DNA of 64,000 bases from Dehalococcoidia bacterium (GTDB lineage Bacteria; Chloroflexota; Dehalococcoidia; DSTF01; JACRBR01), in NCBI GenBank assembly GCA_021462855.1, contig JAJTXQ010000014.1:42042-106041 (forward strand), read 5' to 3'. The notes under the pieces are model-generated. The model was not told the origin of the DNA and did no database searches. It saw nothing but the letters and a program-made list of their open reading frames with translations. Below, one piece after another: positions 29,832-39,734 of this stretch (the stretch's first letter is position 1; every line of letters begins with the position of its first letter). The translations under genes and the position numbers were made by a program.

Positions 29832-31979
29832 ATGACAGAACAGCCAGACCCCCCGGCGCCGGACGACGGCGACCCGCCGGCGCGACCGCCGGCGCCGCCC
29901 GGCACGCGCGAGCCGAGCCGCATCCGGCTCCAGCGCGACGGCGGCGCGCTGCCGGACGACGTCGAACAGCACGAGATCGTCACGGGCCGGAAGCCGGGCG
30001 ACCGCTTCGCCCGCCGTGTGCGCGAGGGCGAGCGCCGCTTCCAGCGCGACCAGGAGACCGGCACGATCCGGGCGACCCGCGTGGCGACCGCCCCGCGCAC
30101 CGCCGCCCAGCGCGCGTGGGCGCAGGTGCGCCGCATCGCGATCGGCGCGCCGATCTCGTCCGAGGAGTCGGAGCACCAGCGCCTGCCGAAGCTCAAGGCG
30201 CTCGCCGTCTTCTCGTCTGACGCACTGTCGTCGAGCGCGTATGCCACCGACGAAATCCTGCTCGTGCTGATCGCCGCTGGCACCTCGGCGCTCGTATGGT
30301 CGATCCCGATCGCGCTCGCCATCGCGACGCTGCTCGCCGTTGTGACGTTCTCGTACCGCCAGACAATCCGCGCGTATCCGAGCGGGGGCGGCGCCTACAT
30401 CGTCGCCCGCGAGAACATGGGGGACGTCGCCGGCATCACCGCCGCGGCCGGACTCGCCGTCGGCTATATCCTCACCGTGTCGGTGTCGGTCGCCGCCGGC
30501 GCGGTCGCCGTGGTGTCGGCGTTCCCCGAATTCGACGGGCTGCAGGTGCCGATCTCCGTCGGCGCGGTGGCGATGGTGACGCTGCTCAACCTGCGCGGCA
30601 TCCGGGAGTCCGGCACGATCTTCGCCATCCCGACGTACGGGTTCATCGTCGCCTTTGGCGCGCTTATCGTCGCCGGGTTCATCCGCCTGCTCATCGACCC
30701 GGGGCTCGAGGCGCCGGAACTCGAATCCGCAAAGCACGCCGGCGCGGCGTCGGTCACGGCGTTCCTCGTCTTGCGCGCGTTCTCGTCCGGCGCCGCCGCG
30801 CTGACCGGCGTCGAGGCGATCTCGAACGGCATACCGGCGTTCAAGAAGACCGAGTGGCAGAACGCGCAGATCACGCTCACGTGGATGGCAATCATCCTCG
30901 CGTTCCTCTTCGTCGGCATCACGATCCTGGCGCGCGAGCTCGGCGTGCGTCACTCCGAGGAGGTGTCGGCGCCGGCGCAGGTCGCGCGGACGATCTACGG
31001 CGACAATGTGCTCTTCTACGTGACGCAGGCGTTCACGGCGGGCATCCTGTTCCTGGCCGCGAACACGGTCTACGCGGACTTCCCGCGGCTCGGATCCATC
31101 CTCGCGCGCGACCGCTTCCTGCCGCACCAGTTCCTGTTCCGCGGCGACCGGCTCGCATTCTCGAACGGCATCATCGTGCTGGGACTCGCGGCGTCGTCGC
31201 TGCTGATCCTCTTCAACGCGGACCTGAACCGCTTGATCGCGATGTACGCGTTCGGCGTGTTTATGTCGTTCACGCTGTCGCAGACAGGCATGGTGCTGCA
31301 CTGGCTGCGGCTGAAGGAGCCAGGCTGGAAACGGAGCGCCGTGATCAACACCATCGGCGGCGGCACGACCGGGCTCGTCGCCGTGATCGTCGGCAGCACA
31401 AAGTTCATGGACGGCGCATGGCTCGCCATGATCGGCATCGCCGTGCTGGGGTTGATCCTGTGGTGGATCTACAGCCACAACACGTCGGTGGAAGAGGAGC
31501 TCACCGTGCCGCCCGGCGCGATGCTCCACCAGATGAAGCGACACCCGCAGGCCGTGCTCGTGCCCGTCGACAAGATCAACCGCGCCGTGCTGCGCAACGT
31601 CGACTACGCGCTCACGATCTCGCCGAACGTCCGCGCCATCCATGTCACCGACGACCTGGAAGAGGGCGCGTTGCTCCGCAAACAGTGGGAGCAGTCCGTG
31701 CTCGATGTCGAGCTTGTGATCATCGAGTCGCCGTACCGCTCATTCGTCGCGCCCGTCGTGTCGTATATCGACGCGCTCGACAAGCAGTACCCGGGCGAGT
31801 TCGTGACGGTCGTCCTGCCGGAGTTCCGTACGTTCTGGCCGTGGCACCGGTTCTTGCACAACCAGTCGGCGGCCCGGCTCAAGAAAGCGCTCCTCGGCCG
31901 CCAGAACACGGTGATCGTCGAAGTGCCGTATCACCTCGGGGTCACGGCGCCGGCCGGCGAGCCCGCCCGGCAGACGTGA
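29832..31979 (+). CDS. APC superfamily permease with N- and C-terminal cytoplasmic extensions
   Basis: 715 aa; 12-TM APC core (FSSDALSSSAYATDEILLVL, GGGAYIVARENMG) plus a ~230-aa C-terminal soluble domain. Confidence 0.8.
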   Translation: MTEQPDPPAPDDGDPPARPPAPPGTREPSRIRLQRDGGALPDDVEQHEIVTGRKPGDRFARRVREGERRFQRDQETGTIRATRVATAPRTAAQRAWAQVRRIAIGAPISSEESEHQRLPKLKALAVFSSDALSSSAYATDEILLVLIAAGTSALVWSIPIALAIATLLAVVTFSYRQTIRAYPSGGGAYIVARENMGDVAGITAAAGLAVGYILTVSVSVAAGAVAVVSAFPEFDGLQVPISVGAVAMVTLLNLRGIRESGTIFAIPTYGFIVAFGALIVAGFIRLLIDPGLEAPELESAKHAGAASVTAFLVLRAFSSGAAALTGVEAISNGIPAFKKTEWQNAQITLTWMAIILAFLFVGITILARELGVRHSEEVSAPAQVARTIYGDNVLFYVTQAFTAGILFLAANTVYADFPRLGSILARDRFLPHQFLFRGDRLAFSNGIIVLGLAASSLLILFNADLNRLIAMYAFGVFMSFTLSQTGMVLHWLRLKEPGWKRSAVINTIGGGTTGLVAVIVGSTKFMDGAWLAMIGIAVLGLILWWIYSHNTSVEEELTVPPGAMLHQMKRHPQAVLVPVDKINRAVLRNVDYALTISPNVRAIHVTDDLEEGALLRKQWEQSVLDVELVIIESPYRSFVAPVVSYIDALDKQYPGEFVTVVLPEFRTFWPWHRFLHNQSAARLKKALLGRQNTVIVEVPYHLGVTAPAGEPARQT

Positions 31980-31980
31980 A

Positions 31981-32041
31981 AAGACCAGGGCGCCGAGTCT
32001 GGTGACGGGGATTGTCGCGCCCTGGTCCTTTGAAGAAGCCC
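31981..32041 (+). terminator. long hairpin after the permease stop (stems GACCAGGGCGC and GCGCCCTGGTC) followed by CTTT
   Basis: 11-bp perfect stem with a large loop immediately 3' of TGA 31977-31979. Confidence 0.4.
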
Positions 32042-32182
32042 CTATCGCGTGGGTGCTCTCCACGAGTTAGGTTCACCCCCATTATCGGCAGGGGCTGTTA
32101 AGAAACGATGAGCCAAACCCTAACCGTGGGCTAAGAACACGCGTCAAGTTCCGCAGCGGTGAATCCGGCTGCTTCGCGCGGC

Positions 32183-32503
32183 TCAGGGGATGAGCCCGGG
32201 GCCGCTTTCGCGCGCCTTCTTCCGGCTCTCGGGCGTCGTCATCGGCTGGTCGAGCCGGTACTTCTTGACGAGGCTGTCGAACGACAGGTCCGGGTTCGCG
32301 GAATCGATCATCTTGTCGTACTTGGGGTCGAGCTGGTCGATCCGTGACTTCATCGACAGGTGGAACGAGAAGCTGCTGATCATCCGTGTCAGGCGCTTGC
32401 CGCCACACTCCGGGCAGCGCGGATCGAAGTCGTCGCTCACGCGGCGCACGATCACCTCGACGAACTGCTTGCAACCGTGACAGGCGTACTCGTAGATCGG
32501 CAT
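32183..32503 (-). CDS. FmdB-family zinc-ribbon protein
   Basis: MPIYEYACHGC...CPECGG: two CxxC pairs at the N-terminus, 106 aa. Confidence 0.7.
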   Translation of the reverse strand: MPIYEYACHGCKQFVEVIVRRVSDDFDPRCPECGGKRLTRMISSFSFHLSMKSRIDQLDPKYDKMIDSANPDLSFDSLVKKYRLDQPMTTPESRKKARESGPGLIP

Positions 32504-32512
32504 CTCGTCTTC

Positions 32513-33487
32513 CTATGACCTTCGCTTCAGCACGTACTCGCCAATGTCCTCGAGCGCGGTGCGCGCGGCGCCGGCGGGCAGCGGCGCGAGCGCCTGCAGC
32601 GCGCGGTCGCGGAAGTCGCGCGCCACATCGTACACCTCGTTGAGGATGTCCGAGTTCAGCACCATGTACACGGCTTCCGCGACGTGCTCGGACCGCGGCT
32701 TCTTTGTGCGGAACGCCTTCTTCACCGGGTTGTCCTTCGGGTGCCGCTCCATCAGCAGCAGCGAGGGCAGCGTCAGCGTCCCCTGCATCAGGTCGCTGCC
32801 GATCGGTTTCCCCATCTCATCCTCGTCGCCGGCGAAGTCGAGGATGTCGTCGACGACCTGGAACGCCATGCCGATGTTCAGCCCGTAGGAGCGCAGCGCC
32901 TCGCGCTCGCCGCCGGAACACCGCGCGACCATGGCGCCGCCTTCGGCCGACGTCGCGAAGAGCGACGCCGTCTTTCCTTCGATGCGGCCGAAGTAGGCCA
33001 TCGTGTCCTGCCCGTAGTCGTACGCGCTCATGTCCTGGTGCAGCTCGCCGCTGGCGATCTTCATGATCGTCTTCGCGAAGAGCCGCACCACCGCCGTGTT
33101 GTCCGTCCGCGCGATGAGGTCGGCGGCGTGCGCGAACATGTAGTCGCCGAGCATCACCGCCGCCGAGTTGTTGAACAGCTCGTTGGCCGTCGGCCGCCCG
33201 CGCCGCGACGGCGACGCATCGATCACGTCGTCGTGCACGAGCGTCGCCGTGTGCAGCAGCTCGATCGATGCGGCGAGCGGCACATGCAGCTCCGTGCGGT
33301 AGTCGCCGAACTTGCCGGCGAGCAGCGCGATCGCCGGGCGCAGCTGCTTGCCCGTTCCACCGAGGATCTGCCCGAGCATCTTCGACAGCATCGGGAACTC
33401 CTCGACCGACTTGATCTGGTCGAACGTGTCCTCGACGAGGCGCAGGTCCTCCTGCACGGGCCCGTACAGGGATCCCACCTTCAACAT
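32513..33487 (-). CDS. polyprenyl diphosphate synthase (trans-isoprenyl diphosphate synthase family)
   Basis: First (LVHDDVIDAS) and second (VVDDILDF) DDxxD motifs. ATG 33487 overlaps the tatD TGA stop (ATGA). Confidence 0.85.
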   Translation of the reverse strand: MLKVGSLYGPVQEDLRLVEDTFDQIKSVEEFPMLSKMLGQILGGTGKQLRPAIALLAGKFGDYRTELHVPLAASIELLHTATLVHDDVIDASPSRRGRPTANELFNNSAAVMLGDYMFAHAADLIARTDNTAVVRLFAKTIMKIASGELHQDMSAYDYGQDTMAYFGRIEGKTASLFATSAEGGAMVARCSGGEREALRSYGLNIGMAFQVVDDILDFAGDEDEMGKPIGSDLMQGTLTLPSLLLMERHPKDNPVKKAFRTKKPRSEHVAEAVYMVLNSDILNEVYDVARDFRDRALQALAPLPAGAARTALEDIGEYVLKRRS

Positions 33488-34290
33488 CACATCCCCCTGG
33501 CGGCCACGGCGATGCCGAGCAGCCGCATCGCGTTCTTCGTCGTCGCGTCGGCGACCTCGTCCTCGCCGCAGCCGCGCAGCTCCGCGACCGCCCGCGCCGC
33601 TTCGACGACGTACGCCGGCTCGTTGCGTGTGCCGCGGTATCGCTGCGGCGCGCCGTAGGGCGCGTCCGTCTCCAGCACCATGTCGCCAAGCGGGATGGCG
33701 CGCGCGACTTCCTGCAGCGTCGTGGCCTTCGGGTGCGTAACCGAGGTGTGCACCGAGATCATGAACCCCAGGTCGATGTAGCGCCGCGCGAGCTCCGCAT
33801 CGCCGCTGAAGTAGTGCATCACGCCGACCGGGCGGTCGCCCGAAGGAGCGGCGCCGCGCGCCCAATCGGCGAGCAGCGGGTACATCGTGTCGTGGGCGTC
33901 GCGCGCGTGGATGGCGACCGGCTTCCGTACGCGGCGCGCCGTGTCCAGCTGCCGGTCGAGCACCCGGCGCTGCACATCGCGCGGCGAGAGATCGCGGTAG
34001 AAGTCGAGCCCGATCTCGCCGACGACGGCGACGCGTTCGTCGCCCGCCAGCGCCTCGAGCGCGTCGAGGTCGGCGTCGGTCGCATCAGCGGCGTCGTGCG
34101 GGTGCACGCCGGCGGCCGCCAGCACGCCCTCGTGCGATGCCGCGAACGCCAGCGCGCGCTCACTGTCGGCGCGGTTCACGCCGAGCGTCAGCACCCAGCG
34201 CACGCGGGCATCGCGCGCGCGGCGCGCGGCGTCCGTGGCGTCGTCGCCGAAGCCTTCGTGGATGTGGCAATGCGTGTCCGCGAGGATCAT
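33487..34290 (-). CDS. tatD: TatD family metal-dependent hydrolase
   Basis: MILADTHCHIHEGF..., VVGEIGLDFY, LETDAPY motifs; immediately downstream of metG as in many bacteria. Confidence 0.85.
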   Translation of the reverse strand: MILADTHCHIHEGFGDDATDAARRARDARVRWVLTLGVNRADSERALAFAASHEGVLAAAGVHPHDAADATDADLDALEALAGDERVAVVGEIGLDFYRDLSPRDVQRRVLDRQLDTARRVRKPVAIHARDAHDTMYPLLADWARGAAPSGDRPVGVMHYFSGDAELARRYIDLGFMISVHTSVTHPKATTLQEVARAIPLGDMVLETDAPYGAPQRYRGTRNEPAYVVEAARAVAELRGCGEDEVADATTKNAMRLLGIAVAARGM

Positions 34291-34291
34291 C

Positions 34292-35971
34292 TTACGCCGT
34301 CAGGCGCGCCTCCCCCTCGACACCGGTTTCGATCTTCCGGAAGAGCGGCTCCGGCGGTGGTAGCGGCGCGCCCGGTTCCGGCCGCCGCGCGTCCCAGCCG
34401 GCGTCCTCGATCGCGCCGCTCATCCCCAGGTACTCGTGGATCTTCTGGCTCGAGAACGGCAGGAAGGGGTACAGGGCGACCTTCAGCGCGTTTATAACAC
34501 ACAGCGCCGTGTAGAGGGACGTGGCCGTGCGCTCCCGGTCGGTCTTCGCGGTCTTCCACGGCTCCGTCTCGTTCAGGTATGCGTTCGCTTCCTGCGCGAG
34601 CGCCATCGCGTCCCCGAGCGCCGCCTTCAGCCGCACCGCTTCGATGTGCCGCGCCACGTCGCCAACGACGTCGCCCGCTCGCGCGAGGATGCGCTCGTCG
34701 CGCCCGTCGAAGGCGCCCGGCTGCGGCACCTCGCCGCCGAACGTCCGATGCGTCATCGCCAGCACGCGGTTGACGAGGTTGCCCCACGTCGCCACGAGCT
34801 CGTCGTTGTTCCGACGCACGAGCTCCGCCTCCGTCAGATCCGTGTCCGATGTCTCCGGCAGGTTCGCCGCAAGGCCGTACCGCAGCATGTCCGGCTGATA
34901 CCGCTCGAGATACGAGAGCACGGAGGCGCCGACGCCCTCGCTCTTCGAAGCCTTCTCGCCCTTGAACGTCACGTACTGGTTCGCCGGCACGTCGTACGGC
35001 AGGTTCAGACCGCCGTAGCCCATCAGGATCGCCGGCCAGATGATCGTGTGGAACGGGATGTTGTCCTTGCCGATGAAGTAATACGAGCGCGCGGAGGGGT
35101 CTTCCCACCACGGTCGCCACGCTTCGGGATCGCCGCGCAGTTGCGCCCACTCCTTCGACGCCGACAGGTAGCCAATCACCGCCTCGAACCACACGTAGAT
35201 CCGCTTCCCGGGGCCGAGATCCTCGACGGGGAGCGATACGCCCCACTCCAGGTCGCGCGTGATCGATCGGTCGTGCAGCCCCTCCTCGACAAAGCCGATG
35301 CTGAAGTTCTGCACGTGCTTGCGCCATCCCTCGCGCGAGCGGAGCCAGTCGAGCAGCGGCTGCTGGAACGCGCTGAGCCGGAAGAAAAAGTGCTCCGTAT
35401 CGCGCATCTCGGGCGTGGCGCCTGTGATGCGGCTGCGCGGGGCCAGCAGTTGGTCCGGGTCGAGCGTGCGGCCGCAGTTGTCGCACTGGTCGCCGCGCGC
35501 CTTCTCGTAGCCGCAGTTCGGGCACGTCCCCTCCACGTACCGGTCCGGCAGGAAACGCCCCGCCTGCGGGTCGTAGAACTGCGCGCTCGTGTCCTTGTAG
35601 ATGTGGCCGTGCTCCTGCAGGCGCAGGAAGATGTCGTGGGTCACCGCGGCGTGATTCGCCGTGCCCGTCGTCGTGAACAGGTCGAACGAGATGCCGAGCT
35701 CGCGCCAGTAGCGCAGGAACTCGGGATGGAACTCGTCGACGACTTCCTGCGGCGTGCGGCTTTCGTGGTCCGCCCGTACGGTGATCGGCGTGCCGTGCTG
35801 GTCGCTGCCCGAAACCATGAGCACCGCGCTGCCCTTCATCCGGTGGTACCGCGCGAAGATGTCCGCCGGCAGGTACGCGCCGGCGATGTGCCCCAGGTGG
35901 AGCGAGCCGTTGGCGTACGGCCACGCGACCGCCACGAGGATCCGCTCGCCCGATTGTGAACCTGTATTCAT
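34292..35971 (-). CDS. metG: methionine--tRNA ligase
   Basis: ANGSLHLGHIAG (HIGH), CPNCGYEKARGDQCDNCG zinc knuckle, KASKSEG (KMSKS). ATG 35971. Confidence 0.92.
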   Translation of the reverse strand: MNTGSQSGERILVAVAWPYANGSLHLGHIAGAYLPADIFARYHRMKGSAVLMVSGSDQHGTPITVRADHESRTPQEVVDEFHPEFLRYWRELGISFDLFTTTGTANHAAVTHDIFLRLQEHGHIYKDTSAQFYDPQAGRFLPDRYVEGTCPNCGYEKARGDQCDNCGRTLDPDQLLAPRSRITGATPEMRDTEHFFFRLSAFQQPLLDWLRSREGWRKHVQNFSIGFVEEGLHDRSITRDLEWGVSLPVEDLGPGKRIYVWFEAVIGYLSASKEWAQLRGDPEAWRPWWEDPSARSYYFIGKDNIPFHTIIWPAILMGYGGLNLPYDVPANQYVTFKGEKASKSEGVGASVLSYLERYQPDMLRYGLAANLPETSDTDLTEAELVRRNNDELVATWGNLVNRVLAMTHRTFGGEVPQPGAFDGRDERILARAGDVVGDVARHIEAVRLKAALGDAMALAQEANAYLNETEPWKTAKTDRERTATSLYTALCVINALKVALYPFLPFSSQKIHEYLGMSGAIEDAGWDARRPEPGAPLPPPEPLFRKIETGVEGEARLTA

Positions 35972-36008
35972 GCGCCGACAGTCTATCTCACGTTCGCCGC
36001 GCGGGTGC

Positions 36009-36824
<816 letters not shown>

Positions 36825-36874
36825 GGAGATATGTTAACCTGCTGAAACGTTTATGCGAAAACGGCCGAAAACCC

Positions 36875-36904
36875 TTGACGCTCCTTCGCCGGCGGAGCTA
36901 GACT
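36875..36904 (+). promoter_or_regulatory. candidate sigma70-like promoter (TTGACG, 18-nt spacer, TAGACT) upstream of the IMPDH-family gene
   Basis: Found in the lower-GC 260-bp divergent intergenic region between rsmI and the guaB-family gene. Confidence 0.3.
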
Positions 36905-37086
36905 TGTTCAAATAGTCCTCCGACGCCCGATGTGGCGCCAGCAGACAAGAAAACACGGCAGCATGTAGCGGAAACCGGTAGGAAGCCTCCGCCGGCCTCG
37001 ATCTCGTCATATCCGCGAGACGGGGACCCAGCAGCGAAGCCTCAAGGCGGGCAGGCCCGGCGGCATGAGTTGGAGGTACCCGAACG

Positions 37087-38232
37087 ATGTCCCAGCCCCA
37101 CTTCAAGGAAATGCGCCGCGCCTACGGGTTCGATGACGTAGCGATCGTCCCCGGCGGCACCCACACGATTAACCCCACCCTCGTAGAGCTCTCCTTCAAA
37201 CTCGCCCGTTTCGACTTCCAGCTCCCGTTCGTCGCCGCCGCGATGGACGGCGTCGTCGACGTCGACCTGGCGGTCGCCTTCTCGAAGGCGGGCGGGCTCG
37301 CCGTCCTGAACCTCGAAGGCGTACAGACCCGCTACGACGACCCGGCGCCCGTGCTCGAGGAAATCGCCGCCGCACCCAAGTCCGAGGTGACGGCGCTGAT
37401 GCAGAAGGTGTACTCCGCGCCCATGCGCCCTGACCTCATCGGCGAGCGCATCCGGCAGATCAAGCAGGCGGGGGGCATCGCCGCCGTGTCGGCCACCCCG
37501 ATGAACACGAAGAAGTTCGCGGCGCTCGCCAAGGAGGCGGGCGTCGACGTTTTTGTGGTGCAGTCCACCGTGACCAGCGCGCGCCACATCTCCACCAGCG
37601 AGAAAGGTCTCATCTTCGACGAACTGGTGCGGAACATGGGCGACACGCCCGTTGTCGTCGGCAACACCGTCACGTTCTCGGCGACGAAAGAGCTGATGGA
37701 GACCGGCATCGCCGCGGTGCTCGTCGGCGTCGGTCCCGGCGCCGCATGCACCAGCCGCGAGGTGCTCGGCATCGGCGTGCCGCAGGTGACGGCGACGATC
37801 GACGCCGCGGCCGCCCGCGACACCTACTACCGCGAGACCGGCCGCTACGTGCCGATCGTCACCGACGGCGGCATCACTAACGGCGGCGCGATGTGCAAGG
37901 CCTTCGCCGCCGGCGCCGATGCCGTCATGCTCGGCAGCATCCTGGCGGCGACCGAGGAAGCCCCCGGGCGCGGCCACCACTGGGGCATGGCGACACCGCA
38001 CGGCGAGCTGCCCCGCGGCACGCGCGTCAAGGTGGCGATCGACACGACGCTGCAGCAGACGCTCTTCGGGCCCACGTCGCGCACCGACGGCCGCGAGAAC
38101 CTCGTTGGCGCCCTCCGGACCGCCATGGGCACCTGCGGCGCACGCACGATCCGCGATTTCCAGAAGACCGAGATGGTGGTCGCACCCGCGATCAAGACCG
38201 AGGGCAAGACCTACCAGATCGCACAGGGGTAG
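37087..38232 (+). CDS. IMP dehydrogenase family protein without CBS domains (GuaB3-like)
   Basis: 381 aa; FDDVAIVPG start and GVGPGAACTSREVLGIGVPQ active-site-loop region; no CBS pair. Confidence 0.8.
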   Translation: MSQPHFKEMRRAYGFDDVAIVPGGTHTINPTLVELSFKLARFDFQLPFVAAAMDGVVDVDLAVAFSKAGGLAVLNLEGVQTRYDDPAPVLEEIAAAPKSEVTALMQKVYSAPMRPDLIGERIRQIKQAGGIAAVSATPMNTKKFAALAKEAGVDVFVVQSTVTSARHISTSEKGLIFDELVRNMGDTPVVVGNTVTFSATKELMETGIAAVLVGVGPGAACTSREVLGIGVPQVTATIDAAAARDTYYRETGRYVPIVTDGGITNGGAMCKAFAAGADAVMLGSILAATEEAPGRGHHWGMATPHGELPRGTRVKVAIDTTLQQTLFGPTSRTDGRENLVGALRTAMGTCGARTIRDFQKTEMVVAPAIKTEGKTYQIAQG

Positions 38233-38260
38233 CCCGCGGCACATGCCACGCACACAAATC

Positions 38261-38295
38261 GAGGGCGCCATCCGGCGCCCTCGTCGCTGTCTTGC
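38261..38295 (+). terminator. hairpin GAGGGCGCC-atcc-GGCGCCCTC between convergent genes
   Basis: 9-bp perfect stem, 4-nt loop, weak T tract; sits between the guaB-family stop (38232) and the minus-strand J-like gene stop (38306). Confidence 0.4.
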
Positions 38296-38305
38296 GCGGC
38301 CTTCG

Positions 38306-38689
38306 TCAGGCCGCGTGCTCCCGCTTCCCGAATACGCCGAACAACGCGGCGAACAGCCCGCGGCGAGAGCCGGCCGCCCCATCCGACTTCAATGCGCCGG
38401 CCCGCTGCCGGTCATACGCCAGCCGCTTGTGAGCCGACCCGAGCACCTCGTAGGCCTCGTTGAGCAGCGCCAGCGCTTGCACCGATTCGCGCGTCGGGAT
38501 CGACTGCAGGTCGCGCGCCCGTACCCAGTACGCCTCCTCGATGAGCCGGTGGTGGCAGCGCGGCTTGACGCCGAGCACGTCGTAGTAGTCAGTAAATCCG
38601 GACAAGCGTGCACCTCCTTCGGTTCGCCGGCAAGCCGGGCCCGAAGACGGAGACGAGCGTCCTGCCCACTCGCCTTCGTCTCCTAGCAT
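38306..38689 (-). CDS. DnaJ-like domain protein lacking the HPD motif
   Basis: DYYDVLGV J-domain helix I signature but no HPD tripeptide; 127-aa ORF, start uncertain. Confidence 0.45.
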   Translation of the reverse strand: MLGDEGEWAGRSSPSSGPACRRTEGGARLSGFTDYYDVLGVKPRCHHRLIEEAYWVRARDLQSIPTRESVQALALLNEAYEVLGSAHKRLAYDRQRAGALKSDGAAGSRRGLFAALFGVFGKREHAA

Positions 38690-38765
38690 CGGCCGCCACG
38701 GGTGGATCTGTACCCCCTGGCAGGCGTTGTCTGGCCCAGGGGGGCCGCGTATACTGGGGCCTCGT

Positions 38766-38840
<75 letters not shown>

Positions 38841-38852
38841 TCAGACCACAAC

Positions 38853-38873
38853 GCGGCCCGGCGGGCCGCGTTT
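38853..38873 (+). terminator. hairpin GCGGCC-cggcg-GGCCGC followed by GTTTCG, just 3' of the tRNA
   Basis: Seen directly in the sequence. Confidence 0.4.
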
Positions 38874-38892
38874 CGCGTTCCGGGCGGAGCCA

Positions 38893-38927
38893 AAAGGGGA
38901 GCGCCCGGGTGGGCGCTCCCCTTTCTG
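38893..38927. terminator. bidirectional intrinsic terminator: AAAA GGGGAGCGCCC-gggt-GGGCGCTCCCC TTTCT
   Basis: 11-bp perfect GC stem flanked by an A tract and a T tract; serves the tRNA (+) and the cupredoxin gene (-). Confidence 0.6.
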
Positions 38928-38944
38928 GCATCTCAGCCGGGCGG

Positions 38945-39424
38945 TTACTTGACCTCGAGCTTGCCGAGCATCGTCGCCGGGTGGACGACGCACCAGTAGA
39001 AGTAGTCGCCGGCCTCCAGCGTCAGCTTCAGCTCGTGCTTGACCGGGCCGTTGCTGATCTCCGTCGAGCCGAGCAGCTCGCCGGTCTCGTCCTCTCCCTT
39101 GTACACCTCGATGTTATGGGCGACGCCGGGGTCCTGGTTGTCCAGGATGATCGTGATGGGGCCGGCCGCGGCCTCGATCTCCGGCGTGTCCCAGAGCGTG
39201 TTCTTGGCGGTGATCGTGAACGTGTTGTCGCCGCCGCCCGACGGCGTCTCCGACGACGAGGTCGCCGCCGCCGTGGGGCTGCCGGCAGCCGCCGGCTTTG
39301 TCGCCGTGGCGCCGCCGCCGTTGCCGCCGTCGTCATCGCCGCCGCCGCCACAGGCGACGAATGCGAATGTCAACGCCGCGGCCGCAGCGGCGATGACCAG
39401 TGCCTTCCTTCCTCGGACCATCAT
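38945..39424 (-). CDS. cupredoxin (type-1 blue copper) lipoprotein, putative electron donor to NosZ
   Basis: Lipoprotein signal with lipobox LTFAFVAC and a Gly/Asp-rich linker; cupredoxin ligands H (VAHNIEVY) and C-x2-H-x4-M (YWCVVHPATM). Exceptionally purine-rich SD before the ATG. Confidence 0.8.
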   Translation of the reverse strand: MMVRGRKALVIAAAAAALTFAFVACGGGGDDDGGNGGGATATKPAAAGSPTAAATSSSETPSGGGDNTFTITAKNTLWDTPEIEAAAGPITIILDNQDPGVAHNIEVYKGEDETGELLGSTEISNGPVKHELKLTLEAGDYFYWCVVHPATMLGKLEVK

Positions 39425-39734
39425 CTCTCCTTGTTCCTTCCTTCCTCCTCCTCACGCGCGGACGCCCCGCAACGTGTCGGTTGCGTTCGAGGCTGTGCCG
39501 GGGACTACGCTGCCGCGGGGCGCGGGGCACAGCGCACGGTCCAGCCGTGGCTCAACCCCACTGTATCGCCTGACGACAGATTGGACGAGGCCCGGTCAGA
39601 AAGTGAGTCCATTCGGCCCCCTGCGGCCCGTGCCAAGTACCGAGCACGCACGGCCGGTCATCCCTTCCGATTCGTGGGCTTTTTCACGATCATGAGGAGG
39701 ACGCCTTAACCGTTCCGTAACAGGAGGAGGGAAC

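Noticed and set aside
28052-31643. ORFs 28052..29470 (+), 28347..29399 (-), 29757..31643 (-) and 30296..32005 (+)
   Set aside because: Antisense or alternate frame to cimA and the APC permease; low complexity.
39680-39697. 5-codon ORF ATGAGGAGGACGCCTTAA upstream of nosZ
   Set aside because: Too short to call; noted only as a possible upstream-ORF or SD feature in the findings.
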